Positions 8,388 to 18,737 of a stretch of 64,000 bases of DNA are shown here, piece after piece; position 1 is the first letter of the stretch, and every line of letters begins with the position of its first letter. Below the pieces are notes generated by a model, which had not been told where the DNA came from, ran no database searches, and saw nothing but the letters and a program-made list of their open reading frames with translations. The stretch is from positions 237-64,236 of the forward strand of contig JAFWYK010000010.1 of NCBI GenBank assembly GCA_017517685.1, in the 5' to 3' direction. The translations under genes were made by a program, and so were the position numbers. This DNA is from Clostridia bacterium (lineage in GTDB: Bacteria; Bacillota; Clostridia; TANB77; CAG-508).

Positions 8388-8969
8388 ATGATGTTTAAAG
8401 TAGGAGATAAAATTGTATATCCAATGCACGGAGCAGGTGTAATTGAAACAATCGAAGAAAGAGCTATTTTAGATGAAAAACAATCATACTATATTATTAA
8501 AATGCCAGGCGAAGTAAAAGTTATGGTACCTACAGCTAAAGCAGAAGAAATAGGAGTACGTAATATAATAGATAAAGAAACAGCCGGAAAAGTAATAAAT
8601 GTTTTAGAGCAAGATAGCACTGAAATGTCTATGAAATGGAACAAAAGATACAGAGATAATGTTGAAAAGATGAAATCAGGAGACATTTTTGAAGTAGCAG
8701 ACATTGTTAGAAATTTAAGTTTCAAACAAAAAGAAAAAGGGTTATCTACAACTGAAAAGAAAATGCTATTAAATGCTAAACAAATTTTAGTAAGTGAATT
8801 AGTATTAGCTGAAAGTAAAGAAAAAGATGAAATTGAAAGTTTAGTAGAAACAAAAATTAATACATCTTATGAATTACATGGAGTAAATCCAACTGGAATG
8901 CCAAATGTTATTTCTATGCATGATGAACCAGCTGATAACATTGTAAAAAAATTTATCTCAGCTAATTAA
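8388..8969 (+). CDS. CarD/CdnL-family RNA-polymerase-binding regulator
   Basis: MFKVGDKIVYPMHGAGVIE...YY.I. ATG at 8388 follows GGAAGGAG. Confidence 0.8.
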   Translation: MMFKVGDKIVYPMHGAGVIETIEERAILDEKQSYYIIKMPGEVKVMVPTAKAEEIGVRNIIDKETAGKVINVLEQDSTEMSMKWNKRYRDNVEKMKSGDIFEVADIVRNLSFKQKEKGLSTTEKKMLLNAKQILVSELVLAESKEKDEIESLVETKINTSYELHGVNPTGMPNVISMHDEPADNIVKKFISAN

Positions 8970-8991
8970 TTTTAAGATAACATAAAGATAA

Positions 8992-9024
8992 AAGATTATA
9001 TATCAAAAATATATAATCTTTTTT
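8992..9024 (+). terminator. intrinsic terminator (AT-only stem)
   Basis: AAGATTATATAT-caaaa-ATATATAATCTT followed by a T-run. Confidence 0.55.
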
Positions 9025-9147
9025 GACGTTTAAACCCTTAAAATTCAAGGGTTTGTATTATTTTTGTAACGAAAATGAAAAATAATTAACATAAAATGAA
9101 GGATTTAGACACTCTGTGTCGAATAATATAAAAGAAAGGTTTTAAGA

Positions 9148-10932
9148 ATGGTTCAATACACTGATGATTTAAAAGAGGAAATCAGATCTGCTAATGATAT
9201 AGTAGACGTTATTTCTCAATATGTGACGTTAAAAAGAAGTGGTAGAAATTTTTTCGGCTTATGCCCATTTCATAAAGAAAAATCACCTTCTTTTTCTGTT
9301 TCTGCCGATAGGCAATATTTCCATTGTTTTGGATGTCATAAAGGCGGAGACGTTTTCACGTTCATTAGTGAAGTAGAACGAGTATCTTTTAAAGAAGCAT
9401 TAGAAATTTTAGCAGAAAGAGCAAGAATTGAACTTCCAACATCTCAAAATGCGGAGTTTAATAAAACTCAATATCTTAAAGATAGAATGTATAAAATTAA
9501 TGCTGAAACAACAATATTTTACCACGAGAGGTTGTACAAACCTCTAGCAAAAATTGCACAAGACTATGTTAAACAAAGAAAACTTGATAATAATACTTTA
9601 AAAGCTTTTAAAATAGGATATTCAGGTGAATATAATGAACTATATAAACACTTAAAAGCTCAAGGTTTTAAAGATGAAGAAATTCTAGCAACAGGTCTTG
9701 TAAATAAGAATGATAGAGGAGAGTTTATAGACAGATATAGAAAAAGATTAATGTTTCCAATTATGGATGTAAGTGGAAAGGTTATAGCTTTTGGTGGTAG
9801 AAAATTAGAACAAAATGAAAAATTAGCAAAATATATAAATTCTAATGAAAACTTAGTATATTCAAAGAAAAAGCATTTGTTTGGACTAAACCTTGCAAAA
9901 CAAAGTGACTCAAAAAGAATCATATTAGTTGAAGGTTATATGGATGCGATATCGCTATACCAAAGAGGGTTTGACAATGTAGTTGCTTCACTAGGAACAG
10001 CCTTGACTGAAGAACAAGGAAGATTATTAAGAAAATATTGTGAGCAAGTAATTATTAGTTATGACTCTGATAGTGCTGGTCAAGAGGCGATTATGAGAGG
10101 ACTAGGAATTCTAGAGGCACAAGGTTGTGATGCTAGAGTCTTACAAATGGAAGGGGCAAAAGACCCAGATGAATATGTTATTAAGTATGGTAGTGGTAGA
10201 TTTAATATGCTTGTTGATAAAGCTATATCACTAGTAGAGTTTAAAATTAAAATGCTAAAGAATAAATACAACTTAGAAAATGCTAATGATAAGATTAGAT
10301 TCTTAAAAGAGATTACTCAAATTCTTTCAAATGTTAGCAATAAAATTGAAAGAGAGATTTATATTGATCATATTGCTGATGAGTACAATATTTCAAGAGA
10401 AGCAATTTATGCAGAGGTTAATAAGGCTTTATATTCAGAAAAAGTTACTGATAAAGTATTAATAAAGCCAGTAGTAAAAGAACCAAAAAGTGTAGAAATA
10501 AGTCCAGCAGTAATTAAAAGAGAAAATATGATTATATATTTATTAATTAATCACTTTAGAGAATCATTCGAACATATAGTAACACATATAACTCTTGATG
10601 ATTTTAAAGTAGAAGAAAACAAAATAATATTTGAAAAAATATTAGAATCACCTGCAGAAGATAGTGAAAAGATTCTTCAAGTTATTGCTAACATTGAAGA
10701 TCCAGCAATACAATCTCATGTAAGTGAAATATTAGTTACAGACTATGAAATTTCATCAGTAGAAAAATGTATAGAAGATGTAGTTACTATTTATAATAAG
10801 GACAGGCTAACTAATAGAAAATTTGAAATAATCAAAATGTTAGATAATAGTTCTGCTTATACTAAAGAAGAAGTAGCTAAACTGGAGAAGGAATTAAACG
10901 AAGTTATAATTGAATTAGCTAAAAAGAAGTAG
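9148..10932 (+). CDS. dnaG: DNA primase
   Basis: Zinc ribbon CPFHKEKSPSFSV....YFHCFGCHKGGD. TOPRIM motifs EGYMD and DSDSAG. Confidence 0.92.
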   Translation: MVQYTDDLKEEIRSANDIVDVISQYVTLKRSGRNFFGLCPFHKEKSPSFSVSADRQYFHCFGCHKGGDVFTFISEVERVSFKEALEILAERARIELPTSQNAEFNKTQYLKDRMYKINAETTIFYHERLYKPLAKIAQDYVKQRKLDNNTLKAFKIGYSGEYNELYKHLKAQGFKDEEILATGLVNKNDRGEFIDRYRKRLMFPIMDVSGKVIAFGGRKLEQNEKLAKYINSNENLVYSKKKHLFGLNLAKQSDSKRIILVEGYMDAISLYQRGFDNVVASLGTALTEEQGRLLRKYCEQVIISYDSDSAGQEAIMRGLGILEAQGCDARVLQMEGAKDPDEYVIKYGSGRFNMLVDKAISLVEFKIKMLKNKYNLENANDKIRFLKEITQILSNVSNKIEREIYIDHIADEYNISREAIYAEVNKALYSEKVTDKVLIKPVVKEPKSVEISPAVIKRENMIIYLLINHFRESFEHIVTHITLDDFKVEENKIIFEKILESPAEDSEKILQVIANIEDPAIQSHVSEILVTDYEISSVEKCIEDVVTIYNKDRLTNRKFEIIKMLDNSSAYTKEEVAKLEKELNEVIIELAKKK

Positions 10933-10948
10933 GAGGGAAAGTTAGGAA

Positions 10949-12481
10949 ATGAAGAAAGAAAAAGATTTAGTAGAAGAAATTAAAGAAGAAAAACCTACAA
11001 CAAAGAAAAGAGCTAAAAAAGAAGAAACAGTTAACGAAGTAGAAGTAAAAGAAGTTAAAAAAACAAGAAAATCTACTAAAAAAGAAGAACCAGCAGAGAA
11101 AGTAAAAGAAGTAAAAACAAAAAAAGCAAAAGCTGAAGAGATAAAAGAAGAAAAGCCAAAAAAAGCAGAAGCTGAAGAGATAAAAGAAGAAAAACCAAAA
11201 AAAGCAACTAAAAAAGCTAAAAAAGAAGCTGTTGTTGAAGAAGCTATAGAAGAAGCAAAACCTGAAAAGAAAAAAAGAGCTTCTAAGAAAAAAGAAAATG
11301 TAGAAGTAGAACAATTAGAACTTGTTCCAGTAGAAGAAGTTAAAGAAGAAAAAGAAACAAAAACTAAAAAAGCAGATAAAAAAGAAGAAGCGAAACCTGA
11401 TCAAGAAAAAGATAAAATTTTACAAATCGTAAGTACAGCTAAAGAAAAAGGAAAAATCACATATGGTGAACTTGCAGCTGAACTAGGTGAAGCTAATTCA
11501 GAGCAAATTGATAAAATTTTTGAAGCTTTTGAAGAAGTTGGAGTTAACGTTTTAAAAGATGATGATGATTTCTTAGAGCCTGATTTAGATGATTTAAGTG
11601 AAGTTGAAGATATTAAATTAGATGAAGTTGATTTAGTTAATATCGAAGGTGTTAGCGTTGATGATCCAGTTAGAATGTATTTAAGAGAAATTGGTAGAAT
11701 CCCACTTTTAACATTTGAAGAAGAATTAGAACTTGCACAACAAGTTTTAGAAGGTGATGAAAGAGCTAGACAAAAACTTGCTGAATCAAACTTAAGATTA
11801 GTTGTAAGTATTGCTAAAAAATATGTTGGTAGAGGAATGTTATTCTTAGATTTAATTCAAGAAGGTAACATGGGATTAATCAAAGCAGTTGAAAAATTTG
11901 ATTATAAAAAAGGATATAAATTTAGTACTTATGCTACATGGTGGATTAGACAAGCTATAACAAGAGCTATAGCAGATCAAGCAAGAACAATCAGAATACC
12001 TGTACACATGGTTGAAACAATTAATAAATTAATTCGTACTTCAAGACATTTACTTCAAATATTAGGAAGAGAACCATCTCCAGAAGAAATCGCTGAAGAA
12101 ATGGAAATTCCAGTAGAAAAAGTAATGGAAATTCAAAAAATTGCTCAAGATCCAGTTTCATTAGAAACACCAATTGGTGAAGAAGATGATAGCCACTTAG
12201 GAGACTTTATTCCAGATGATGAATCTCCAGCACCACATGATTCTGCAGCATATACATTATTGAAAGAACAACTTGAAGAAGTAATGAGTACATTAACACC
12301 AAGAGAAGCAAAAGTCTTAAAACTAAGATTTGGACTAGAAGATGGAAAAGCTAGAACACTAGAAGAAGTAGGAAAAGAATTCCAAGTAACTCGTGAAAGA
12401 ATTAGACAAATTGAAGCAAAAGCATTAAGAAAATTAAGACATCCAAGTAGAAGCAAGAGATTAAAAGATTACATGAGTTAA
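10949..12481 (+). CDS. rpoD: primary sigma factor RpoD/SigA with about 160-aa Lys/Glu-rich N-terminal extension
   Basis: Regions 1.2-4.2 are recognisable: [56 protein letters not shown]. Follows dnaG as in the MMS operon. Confidence 0.92.
   Translation: MKKEKDLVEEIKEEKPTTKKRAKKEETVNEVEVKEVKKTRKSTKKEEPAEKVKEVKTKKAKAEEIKEEKPKKAEAEEIKEEKPKKATKKAKKEAVVEEAIEEAKPEKKKRASKKKENVEVEQLELVPVEEVKEEKETKTKKADKKEEAKPDQEKDKILQIVSTAKEKGKITYGELAAELGEANSEQIDKIFEAFEEVGVNVLKDDDDFLEPDLDDLSEVEDIKLDEVDLVNIEGVSVDDPVRMYLREIGRIPLLTFEEELELAQQVLEGDERARQKLAESNLRLVVSIAKKYVGRGMLFLDLIQEGNMGLIKAVEKFDYKKGYKFSTYATWWIRQAITRAIADQARTIRIPVHMVETINKLIRTSRHLLQILGREPSPEEIAEEMEIPVEKVMEIQKIAQDPVSLETPIGEEDDSHLGDFIPDDESPAPHDSAAYTLLKEQLEEVMSTLTPREAKVLKLRFGLEDGKARTLEEVGKEFQVTRERIRQIEAKALRKLRHPSRSKRLKDYMS
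11132..11206 (+). repeat. 39-bp tandem duplication inside rpoD ([12 protein letters not shown] x2)
   Basis: GCTGAAGAGATAAAAGAAGAAAA[G/A]CCAAAAAAAGCA occurs at 11132-11167 and again at 11171-11206. Confidence 0.85.
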
Positions 12482-12513
12482 TAGAATTATGTAAATTAAT
12501 TTGAGAAATTTAG

Positions 12514-12544
12514 AAAAAAGCCTTGATTTTTAAGGCTTTTTTTG
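12514..12544 (+). terminator. intrinsic terminator after rpoD
   Basis: AGCCTT-gattttt-AAGGCT followed by a T-run. Confidence 0.8.
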
Positions 12545-12616
12545 TTATAATTAGTGTAGAATTGTTATTTTTATGCAAAGAAATGAGGTGAAACTAGGCT
12601 TAAGCTTAGAAAAAAG

Positions 12617-13000
12617 ATGGGATTTTTAAGAGAATTTGGAAATAAATTAGGTTCAGCTATGAAAACAATATTTGCTGATGATCCAGAACAATATGTTGAA
12701 GACGTAGATGGAGCAAGCTTAACAACAGTTGCTGCAATTGGACTTAAAGAAGGAAAAATCAATCAAAAAGAAGCTGTTGAGTTAATTAATGCTCAAAGAA
12801 AAAATGGAGAAAAAGCTGATCTTGTTTCTCAAAGAGTTGAGAGAGATATTGTTTTAACTCCAAGTGATAAAACTGATTTCAGAAATGATGCAACAATGGA
12901 CGAAGCTCAAAGAGTTAAAGTTGCTTCAAAACCAGCTGGAGAATTAGAAAATCACGAAAGAGTGCCTGGTGGAAGAGAAAGAGACGAAAAGTCTAAATAA
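12617..13000 (+). CDS. hypothetical protein
   Basis: 127-aa ORF with host-like composition, its own terminator and a weak SD. No motif recognised. Confidence 0.45.
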   Translation: MGFLREFGNKLGSAMKTIFADDPEQYVEDVDGASLTTVAAIGLKEGKINQKEAVELINAQRKNGEKADLVSQRVERDIVLTPSDKTDFRNDATMDEAQRVKVASKPAGELENHERVPGGRERDEKSK

Positions 13001-13020
13001 ATAGTTAAAAATTAGTTTAA

Positions 13021-13048
13021 AAAGACATCTTTTAAAGATGTCTTTTTT
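13021..13048 (+). terminator. intrinsic terminator
   Basis: AAAGACATCTTT-t-AAAGATGTCTTT followed by a T-run. Confidence 0.8.
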
Positions 13049-13107
13049 GTTTTGATATTTTTAATATTAAAAAACTCAGAAAAATGCTTAAAAACTAAAT
13101 ATTTTTC

Positions 13108-13136
13108 TTGACAAACAGGCTGAAAAGTGTTAAAAT
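13108..13136 (+). promoter_or_regulatory. sigma-A-type promoter of rplU-rpmA
   Basis: TTGACA, 17 nt, TAAAAT, with TGt upstream. Confidence 0.6.
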
Positions 13137-13139
13137 TTA

Positions 13140-13236
13140 TTACTGTAAACTGCTTAACTAGGGTCCATAAATACTATTTTTAATAGTTACCCAAGTTGGA
13201 AGTTAGCGAGATTACGAAAAGGGAGGTGCATTTTAA
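13140..13236 (+). promoter_or_regulatory. about 100-nt 5' leader of rplU (possible L21 leader)
   Basis: Long leader between the predicted +1 and the SD GGGAGG. An L21 leader is known in Firmicutes, but its structure was not verified here. Confidence 0.3.
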
Positions 13237-13596
13237 ATGTACGCAATAATTGAAGCATGTGGTAGACAATACAAAGTACAAGAAGGAGAAGCAGTATATT
13301 TCGAAAAATTAGATGTTGAAGAAGGAAAAAAAGTTTCTTTTGATAAAGTTGTTTTAATATCTAACGACGGAAAAGTACAAGTTGGAAATCCTTATGTTGC
13401 TAATGCTAAAGTTGAAGGAAAAGTTGTGTCTAACGGTAAAGCAAAGAAAATTTTAGTTTTCAAATACAAAGCTAAAAAGAATGAAAGAAAAACAAGAGGA
13501 CATAGACAAGACTACACTAAAGTAGAAATTACTTCAATAAAAGTTAAAGCAGAAAAAGCTGAAAAAGCTGAAAAAACAGAAAAAGCAGCTAAATAG
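13237..13596 (+). CDS. rplU: 50S ribosomal protein L21 with KAEKAEK C-terminal tail
   Basis: MYAIIE.GG.QYKV.EG N-terminus. Confidence 0.9.
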   Translation: MYAIIEACGRQYKVQEGEAVYFEKLDVEEGKKVSFDKVVLISNDGKVQVGNPYVANAKVEGKVVSNGKAKKILVFKYKAKKNERKTRGHRQDYTKVEITSIKVKAEKAEKAEKTEKAAK

Positions 13597-13673
13597 TTAA
13601 CTGCTAATTATTATATCGAAATTAAAAAAGTGTGATATAAATGAAATTATAAAGCGAAAGGAGTGAATTTTTC

Positions 13674-13928
13674 ATGGCACACAAAAAAGGTCAAGGTAGT
13701 GTTAAGAACGGAAGAGATAGTGAGTCAAAGAGACTTGGTGTCAAAAAAGCTGATGGACAAATAGTTAAAGCTGGAAACATTATAGTAAGACAAAGAGGAA
13801 CTAACGTACATCCAGGAACTAATGTTGGAATCGGTAGCGATGATACTTTATTTGCTTTAGTAGATGGAACAGTTAAATTTGAAAGAAAAGGTAAAGACAA
13901 AAAACAAGTAAGTGTTTATCCAGCATAG
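13674..13928 (+). CDS. rpmA: 50S ribosomal protein L27 (no N-terminal propeptide)
   Basis: [24 protein letters not shown]...[15 protein letters not shown]. Confidence 0.92.
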   Translation: MAHKKGQGSVKNGRDSESKRLGVKKADGQIVKAGNIIVRQRGTNVHPGTNVGIGSDDTLFALVDGTVKFERKGKDKKQVSVYPA

Positions 13929-13949
13929 TAAATAAAAATAATAAAAATG

Positions 13950-13977
13950 CGAGACAAATTATTTTGTCTCGTTTTTT
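13950..13977 (+). terminator. intrinsic terminator after rpmA
   Basis: CGAGACAAA-ttat-TTTGTCTCG followed by T6. Confidence 0.85.
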
Positions 13978-14087
13978 GTTTAAAAAAACTATTAAAAATA
14001 TTACTTTTTTAGTAAAAAAGGTTTGAAAAAAAACGTAATATATGATTAAATAGTTATATAAAATTTTGCTATAAGGAGAGTAAGCGT

Positions 14088-15203
14088 ATGGGAGGTAAAT
14101 TATCACCTGTAATAATCGCTGTATTAGTTATAGTTGTAGTTGCTTTAGGAGTGTTAATGTTTAACATTATGAAAAGTGATACACCATCAACTAATCCAGG
14201 AGGAACAGAACAAGGAGTAGAATCAACAAAACCTGTTTTAAATTTAAGTAAAGAGGTTGATGAACAAGACAAAAATAAAGTAACAATTACTGCTTATGCG
14301 ACAACAACTGATCCAGATGGAATTCAAGAAATTCATCTTCCAGATGGAACAATAGTTGTAGGAGATATTGCAACATATATAGTTACAGAAAATGGAACAT
14401 ATGAATTTAAAGCTGTTTGTGTAAACGGAGAAGAAGATTCATTAAAAATCAATGTAACAGAAATACCAGAGATTTCAGCAACAAATCCTTATGTACCAGA
14501 AGGATTCGAAGTAATTAACGACAATGTTGATGAAGGATTTGTAATTGAAGATAAATCAGGAAACCAATATGTATGGATTCCAGTAGAAAGTGGAAAATTA
14601 ACACGTAATACAATATTTAGCGTAGAATATGAAGAATCAAATAGTACAGCTTCAGCATTAGTAAATAGTGTTGCTAAAAACTATGGATTCTATATTGGAA
14701 GATTTGAAGCATCACAATATGAAATAGATGGAAAAATTGTTGCTGCATCAATGTCAGGAAAGATTCCATGGACAAACGTAACATATCAAGATGCAATTGT
14801 TTATGCTAATAAATCAGCAGAAGCATTTGGATATACAGATTGTTCAACATCATTAATTAATAGTTATGCATGGGATACAACTTTAGAATGGATTGATGCA
14901 TCAGTAACAAATTATTCATCAGTTACTAACTATGGAAATTATTCTGGAACAATTTATCCAACAGGAACAACACAATCAGATATTATAAAAAATATATCTG
15001 ACTTAGCTGGAAATGTTAGAGAATGGACTACAGAAATTTATAAATCATCAACAGAGCAAAAAGATAATTCAAAAGAAAAAGTAATTTATAGAGTAGTTCG
15101 TGGAGGAAGTGCAAACTTAAGTAGAACTCCAGGAAGTCATATAGGATATTCAGAATCAACAGCTGATACTTATTGGGGATTTAGAACAATATTATATAAA
15201 TAA
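14088..15203 (+). CDS. membrane-anchored protein with C-terminal FGE/SUMF1-like domain
   Basis: N-terminal TM segment. The C-terminal YRVVRGGS....YWGFR pattern is typical of the formylglycine-generating-enzyme fold. Confidence 0.5.
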   Translation: MGGKLSPVIIAVLVIVVVALGVLMFNIMKSDTPSTNPGGTEQGVESTKPVLNLSKEVDEQDKNKVTITAYATTTDPDGIQEIHLPDGTIVVGDIATYIVTENGTYEFKAVCVNGEEDSLKINVTEIPEISATNPYVPEGFEVINDNVDEGFVIEDKSGNQYVWIPVESGKLTRNTIFSVEYEESNSTASALVNSVAKNYGFYIGRFEASQYEIDGKIVAASMSGKIPWTNVTYQDAIVYANKSAEAFGYTDCSTSLINSYAWDTTLEWIDASVTNYSSVTNYGNYSGTIYPTGTTQSDIIKNISDLAGNVREWTTEIYKSSTEQKDNSKEKVIYRVVRGGSANLSRTPGSHIGYSESTADTYWGFRTILYK

Positions 15204-15211
15204 TTTTTATA

Positions 15212-15240
15212 AAACTCTCGGAAAAACCGAGAGTTTTTCT
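15212..15240 (+). terminator. intrinsic terminator
   Basis: ACTCTCGG-aaaaa-CCGAGAGT followed by a T-run. Confidence 0.85.
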
Positions 15241-15321
15241 TTTTGTAAAATGTTATTTAAAAAAGTCTTAAAAATACGTAATTGTTAATAAAAAATAATG
15301 AAAAAGAAATATACTTGTATA

Positions 15322-15350
15322 TTGAAAATTGTTGGCAAATAATGTATAAT
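15322..15350 (+). promoter_or_regulatory. sigma-A-type promoter of aspS
   Basis: TTGAAA, 17 nt, TATAAT. Confidence 0.6.
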
Positions 15351-15415
15351 TAATCCACATTATAAGACAAAATGGTGGAAAACGCCCTTTTGAAAACAAA
15401 TTATTAGGAGGACTT

Positions 15416-17170
15416 ATGGCAAATATTTACAGAACTCACAACTGTGGAGAATTAAGAATATCTGACGCAGGCAAAGAAGTAAGACTTGCAGGATTCGTAC
15501 AAACAATTAGAAACTTAGGAAAAATGGTTTTCTTAGATTTAAGAGATGAAAACGGAATAACACAAATTGTTGTGTCTGATGATATTGATTTAACAGATGT
15601 AACTAAAGAATGTACTTTAACAGTTACTGGTGATGTTGTAGAAAGAGCCAGCAAAAATGATAAAATACCAACAGGTGAAATCGAGATTGTTGCAAAATCA
15701 ATAACAGTACTTGGAAAATGTAAAAGTGCATTACCATTTGAAATTAATGTTGACGGGCAAACAGTTAGAGAAGATTTACGTTTAGAATATAGATTTTTAG
15801 ATTTAAGAAACGAAAAAATTCATAATAATATAAAATTACGTTCTAAGATATTAAAAGATTTTAGAAATGCAATGGATGAATTAGGATTTACAGAGGTTCA
15901 AACACCAATACTTGCGAACTCATCTCCAGAAGGAGCGAGAGATTTCTTAGTACCAAGTAGATTACATCCAGGTGAATTTTATGCGCTTCCACAAGCGCCA
16001 CAACAATTTAAACAATTGTTAATGGTATCAGGATTTGATAAATATTATCAAATTGCACCATGTTTTAGAGATGAAGATCCAAGAGCAGACCGTTCACCAG
16101 GAGAATTCTATCAATTAGACTTTGAAATGAGCTTTGCAACACAAGAAGATGTTTTTGAAGTAATTGAAACAGTTCTTCCAAAAGTATTTAAACAAAACAC
16201 AACATGGACTGTTGATGAAGGACCATTTGTTAGAATTCCTTATAAAGAAGCAATGGAAAAATATGGTTCTGATAAACCAGATTTAAGAAACCCATTAACA
16301 ATTTCTGATTTAACAGATATATTTGTTGGAACAGAATTTAATGCTTTTAAAGATAAAACAGTTAAAGCTATAGTAACAGAGAATATGGAAGAAAAACCAA
16401 GAAAATTCTTTGATGCTATGTCAGATTTTGCTGTTCAAGAATTAGATGCTAAAGGATTGGCTTGGGTTAAAGTTGATCAAGATGGAAATTTAAATGGTGG
16501 AATTAGCAAGTTTATCGATGAAGATAGAAAAGCTAAAATTTTCGAAAGAATGAATGTAAAACCAAATTCAGCAATTTTCTTTGTAGCTGATGAATATAAT
16601 AAAGCAGTTAAGATTGCTGGTGGTGTTAGAATTAAACTAGGAAATGAATTAGATCTATTAGAAAAAGATGTATATAGATTCTGTTTTATAGTAGATTTCC
16701 CAATGTATGAATTATCAGATGAAGGAACTATTGATTTTAATCATAATCCTTTCTCAATGCCACAAGGTGGATTAGAAGCATTAATGACAAAAGATCCTTT
16801 AGATATTTATGCATATCAATATGATGCTGTATGTAATGGATATGAAATTCTATCAGGAGCTGTTAGAAATCATGATCAAGAGATTATGGTTAAAGCATTT
16901 GAAATTGCAGGTTATACAGTAGAGGATGTTAAAGGAAAATTTGGTGCTTTATTTAATGCATTTAGCTATGGAACACCACCACATGCTGGTGCTGCTCCTG
17001 GAATGGATAGAATTATAATGTTATTAGCTAAAGAAGATAACATTAGAGAAGTTATTGCATTCCCTAAAAATAAAAAGGCAAGAGATTTATTAATGAACGC
17101 ACCTTCAAAAGTATTTGATAAACAATTAGAGGAAGTACATATAAAATTAAATTTAGAAAACAAAGAATAG
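15416..17170 (+). CDS. aspS: aspartate--tRNA ligase
   Basis: Class II motifs: FRDEDPRADRSPGEFYQLD, GGLEA, and GTPPHAG.A.G.DR. Confidence 0.9.
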   Translation: MANIYRTHNCGELRISDAGKEVRLAGFVQTIRNLGKMVFLDLRDENGITQIVVSDDIDLTDVTKECTLTVTGDVVERASKNDKIPTGEIEIVAKSITVLGKCKSALPFEINVDGQTVREDLRLEYRFLDLRNEKIHNNIKLRSKILKDFRNAMDELGFTEVQTPILANSSPEGARDFLVPSRLHPGEFYALPQAPQQFKQLLMVSGFDKYYQIAPCFRDEDPRADRSPGEFYQLDFEMSFATQEDVFEVIETVLPKVFKQNTTWTVDEGPFVRIPYKEAMEKYGSDKPDLRNPLTISDLTDIFVGTEFNAFKDKTVKAIVTENMEEKPRKFFDAMSDFAVQELDAKGLAWVKVDQDGNLNGGISKFIDEDRKAKIFERMNVKPNSAIFFVADEYNKAVKIAGGVRIKLGNELDLLEKDVYRFCFIVDFPMYELSDEGTIDFNHNPFSMPQGGLEALMTKDPLDIYAYQYDAVCNGYEILSGAVRNHDQEIMVKAFEIAGYTVEDVKGKFGALFNAFSYGTPPHAGAAPGMDRIIMLLAKEDNIREVIAFPKNKKARDLLMNAPSKVFDKQLEEVHIKLNLENKE

Positions 17171-17179
17171 AGGTAATTT

Positions 17180-18649
17180 ATGAAAGTTTTTAAAAAATTA
17201 GTTTTAATTACTGCTATAATGTTATTTACTTGTGTAAATGTTTCTTTTGCAAAACAAACTGGTGAAGTAAATACATCAGGTATAAGAATAAGAAAAGAAG
17301 CAAATACAACATCAGATATTTTAACAGTTATTTATAAAGGTGATGATGTTGAAATATTAGATGAGGATGGAGAATGGTATAAAATTACAGCATCTGGTAA
17401 AACAGGTTATGTAAAAAAAGAGTTTATTACTTTAGATAAACAATCATCAAAAAATAATACTACAAATACATCAAAAACTAATACAAGTAAGAACCAAAAT
17501 AAAACAAATACAACTACAAATACAGTTTCAAATTCAGTTACAAATACAACAACTAATGATGACGGTGATAAAATAGCATCATTAGATGGAGCTTTAGTAA
17601 CAAATTCAGAAGTTAATGTAAGAGTATTACCTAATATGGCTTCAAGAGTAATTTCAAGATTGCCATCAGAGAAATCATTAATGAAAACTGGTGAAATGAA
17701 TAATTGGATTCAAGTAACAGATGGAACTGTAAATGGATGGATTCCAAAAAGTAGAGTTATAGGTTCTGATACACCGGTTGTTGATTCAACAATTAATCCA
17801 GATGATTTAGATGATACAGCAACAAATACAACTAATACAACAAATACGACAAATACAACAAATACAAACACTAATGTTGCTAACAATACTAATACAAATA
17901 AAACAAATACAAATTCTACAAAAACAAATTCTGTAAAAAATGAAACTGTAGATAATACCTCTACAACATCTAAAGAAACAGCGGTAAATAAAGTTGGTAT
18001 TGTAAATGTTGAAACTGCTAAAGTAAGAGCTTCTGCTTCAAGTAAAGGGAAAGTAGTTGGGTTCTTAGATTTAGATGATAAAATTACAATTACAGCTGAA
18101 GATGGTGATTGGTATAAATTTACAGCAAGTGATGTAGCTGGATATGTAAATAAAAAGTTAGTAACAATAAAATCTGAAGGAGTATCATCAAGAGGTGATA
18201 CTAGCGAAAGAGATGAATATGTAGAAGTACCACTTCAAAATAATAATAATGTTTCAGATAAGCTTAGTGCTTCGACATCATCAATTGTTGATTTTTCAAA
18301 ACAATATTTGGGATATTCTTATATAGTTGGTGGAAAAACACCAGAAACAGGTTTTGATTGTTCAGGATTTACAAGATATGTGTATTCAGAATATGGTTAT
18401 TCGCTTGGCAGTACAACAGCTAGTCAACAAAATGCTGGAACTGAAGTAAATAGAAATGATATGTTACCTGGAGATTTAATTGTTTTCTATAATGAAGAAA
18501 TGACAAAAGTAGGGCATGTAGGGATTTATATTGGAGATGGAAATTTTGTTCATGCAGCAAATCCTGAAAGAGGAGTTGTAATTGATAATATAAATACTAA
18601 TACATATTATAATGCTCGTTATATAAGTGCTAGAAGAATAATAAAATAA
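17180..18649 (+). CDS. secreted cell-wall hydrolase: SH3b repeats plus C-terminal NlpC/P60
   Basis: Signal peptide, three SH3b-like units (G.V....NVR/IRK), and an NlpC/P60 core DCSGF...GHVGIY.G. Confidence 0.8.
   Translation: MKVFKKLVLITAIMLFTCVNVSFAKQTGEVNTSGIRIRKEANTTSDILTVIYKGDDVEILDEDGEWYKITASGKTGYVKKEFITLDKQSSKNNTTNTSKTNTSKNQNKTNTTTNTVSNSVTNTTTNDDGDKIASLDGALVTNSEVNVRVLPNMASRVISRLPSEKSLMKTGEMNNWIQVTDGTVNGWIPKSRVIGSDTPVVDSTINPDDLDDTATNTTNTTNTTNTTNTNTNVANNTNTNKTNTNSTKTNSVKNETVDNTSTTSKETAVNKVGIVNVETAKVRASASSKGKVVGFLDLDDKITITAEDGDWYKFTASDVAGYVNKKLVTIKSEGVSSRGDTSERDEYVEVPLQNNNNVSDKLSASTSSIVDFSKQYLGYSYIVGGKTPETGFDCSGFTRYVYSEYGYSLGSTTASQQNAGTEVNRNDMLPGDLIVFYNEEMTKVGHVGIYIGDGNFVHAANPERGVVIDNINTNTYYNARYISARRIIK
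17819..17877 (+). repeat. imperfect ACAAAT/ACTAAT hexanucleotide iterations (Thr-Asn linker)
   Basis: Encodes ATNTTNTTNTTNTTNTNTN. A similar N/T-rich linker lies at about 17446-17560. Confidence 0.8.
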
Positions 18650-18661
18650 TATATAAAGAAT

Positions 18662-18690
18662 AAGTGTATTTTAAATACACTTATTTTTTT
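18662..18690 (+). terminator. intrinsic terminator
   Basis: AAGTGTATTT-t-AAATACACTT followed by a T-run. Confidence 0.75.
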
Positions 18691-18737
18691 GTATAAAAAA
18701 GGAAAAAGTATAGATAATACTCTTAAGGTGGTAAATT

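Noticed and set aside
10967-11314. 115-aa Phe-rich minus-strand ORF.
   Set aside because: It is a mirror image of the AAA/GAA-rich Lys/Glu extension of rpoD.
15352-15415. T-box riboswitch upstream of aspS (AATGGTGGAAAACGCCC resembles the T-box sequence).
   Set aside because: The predicted leader from the TTGAAA-17-TATAAT promoter is only about 65 nt. That is too short for stem I, a specifier loop and an antiterminator, and no terminator hairpin precedes the ATG.
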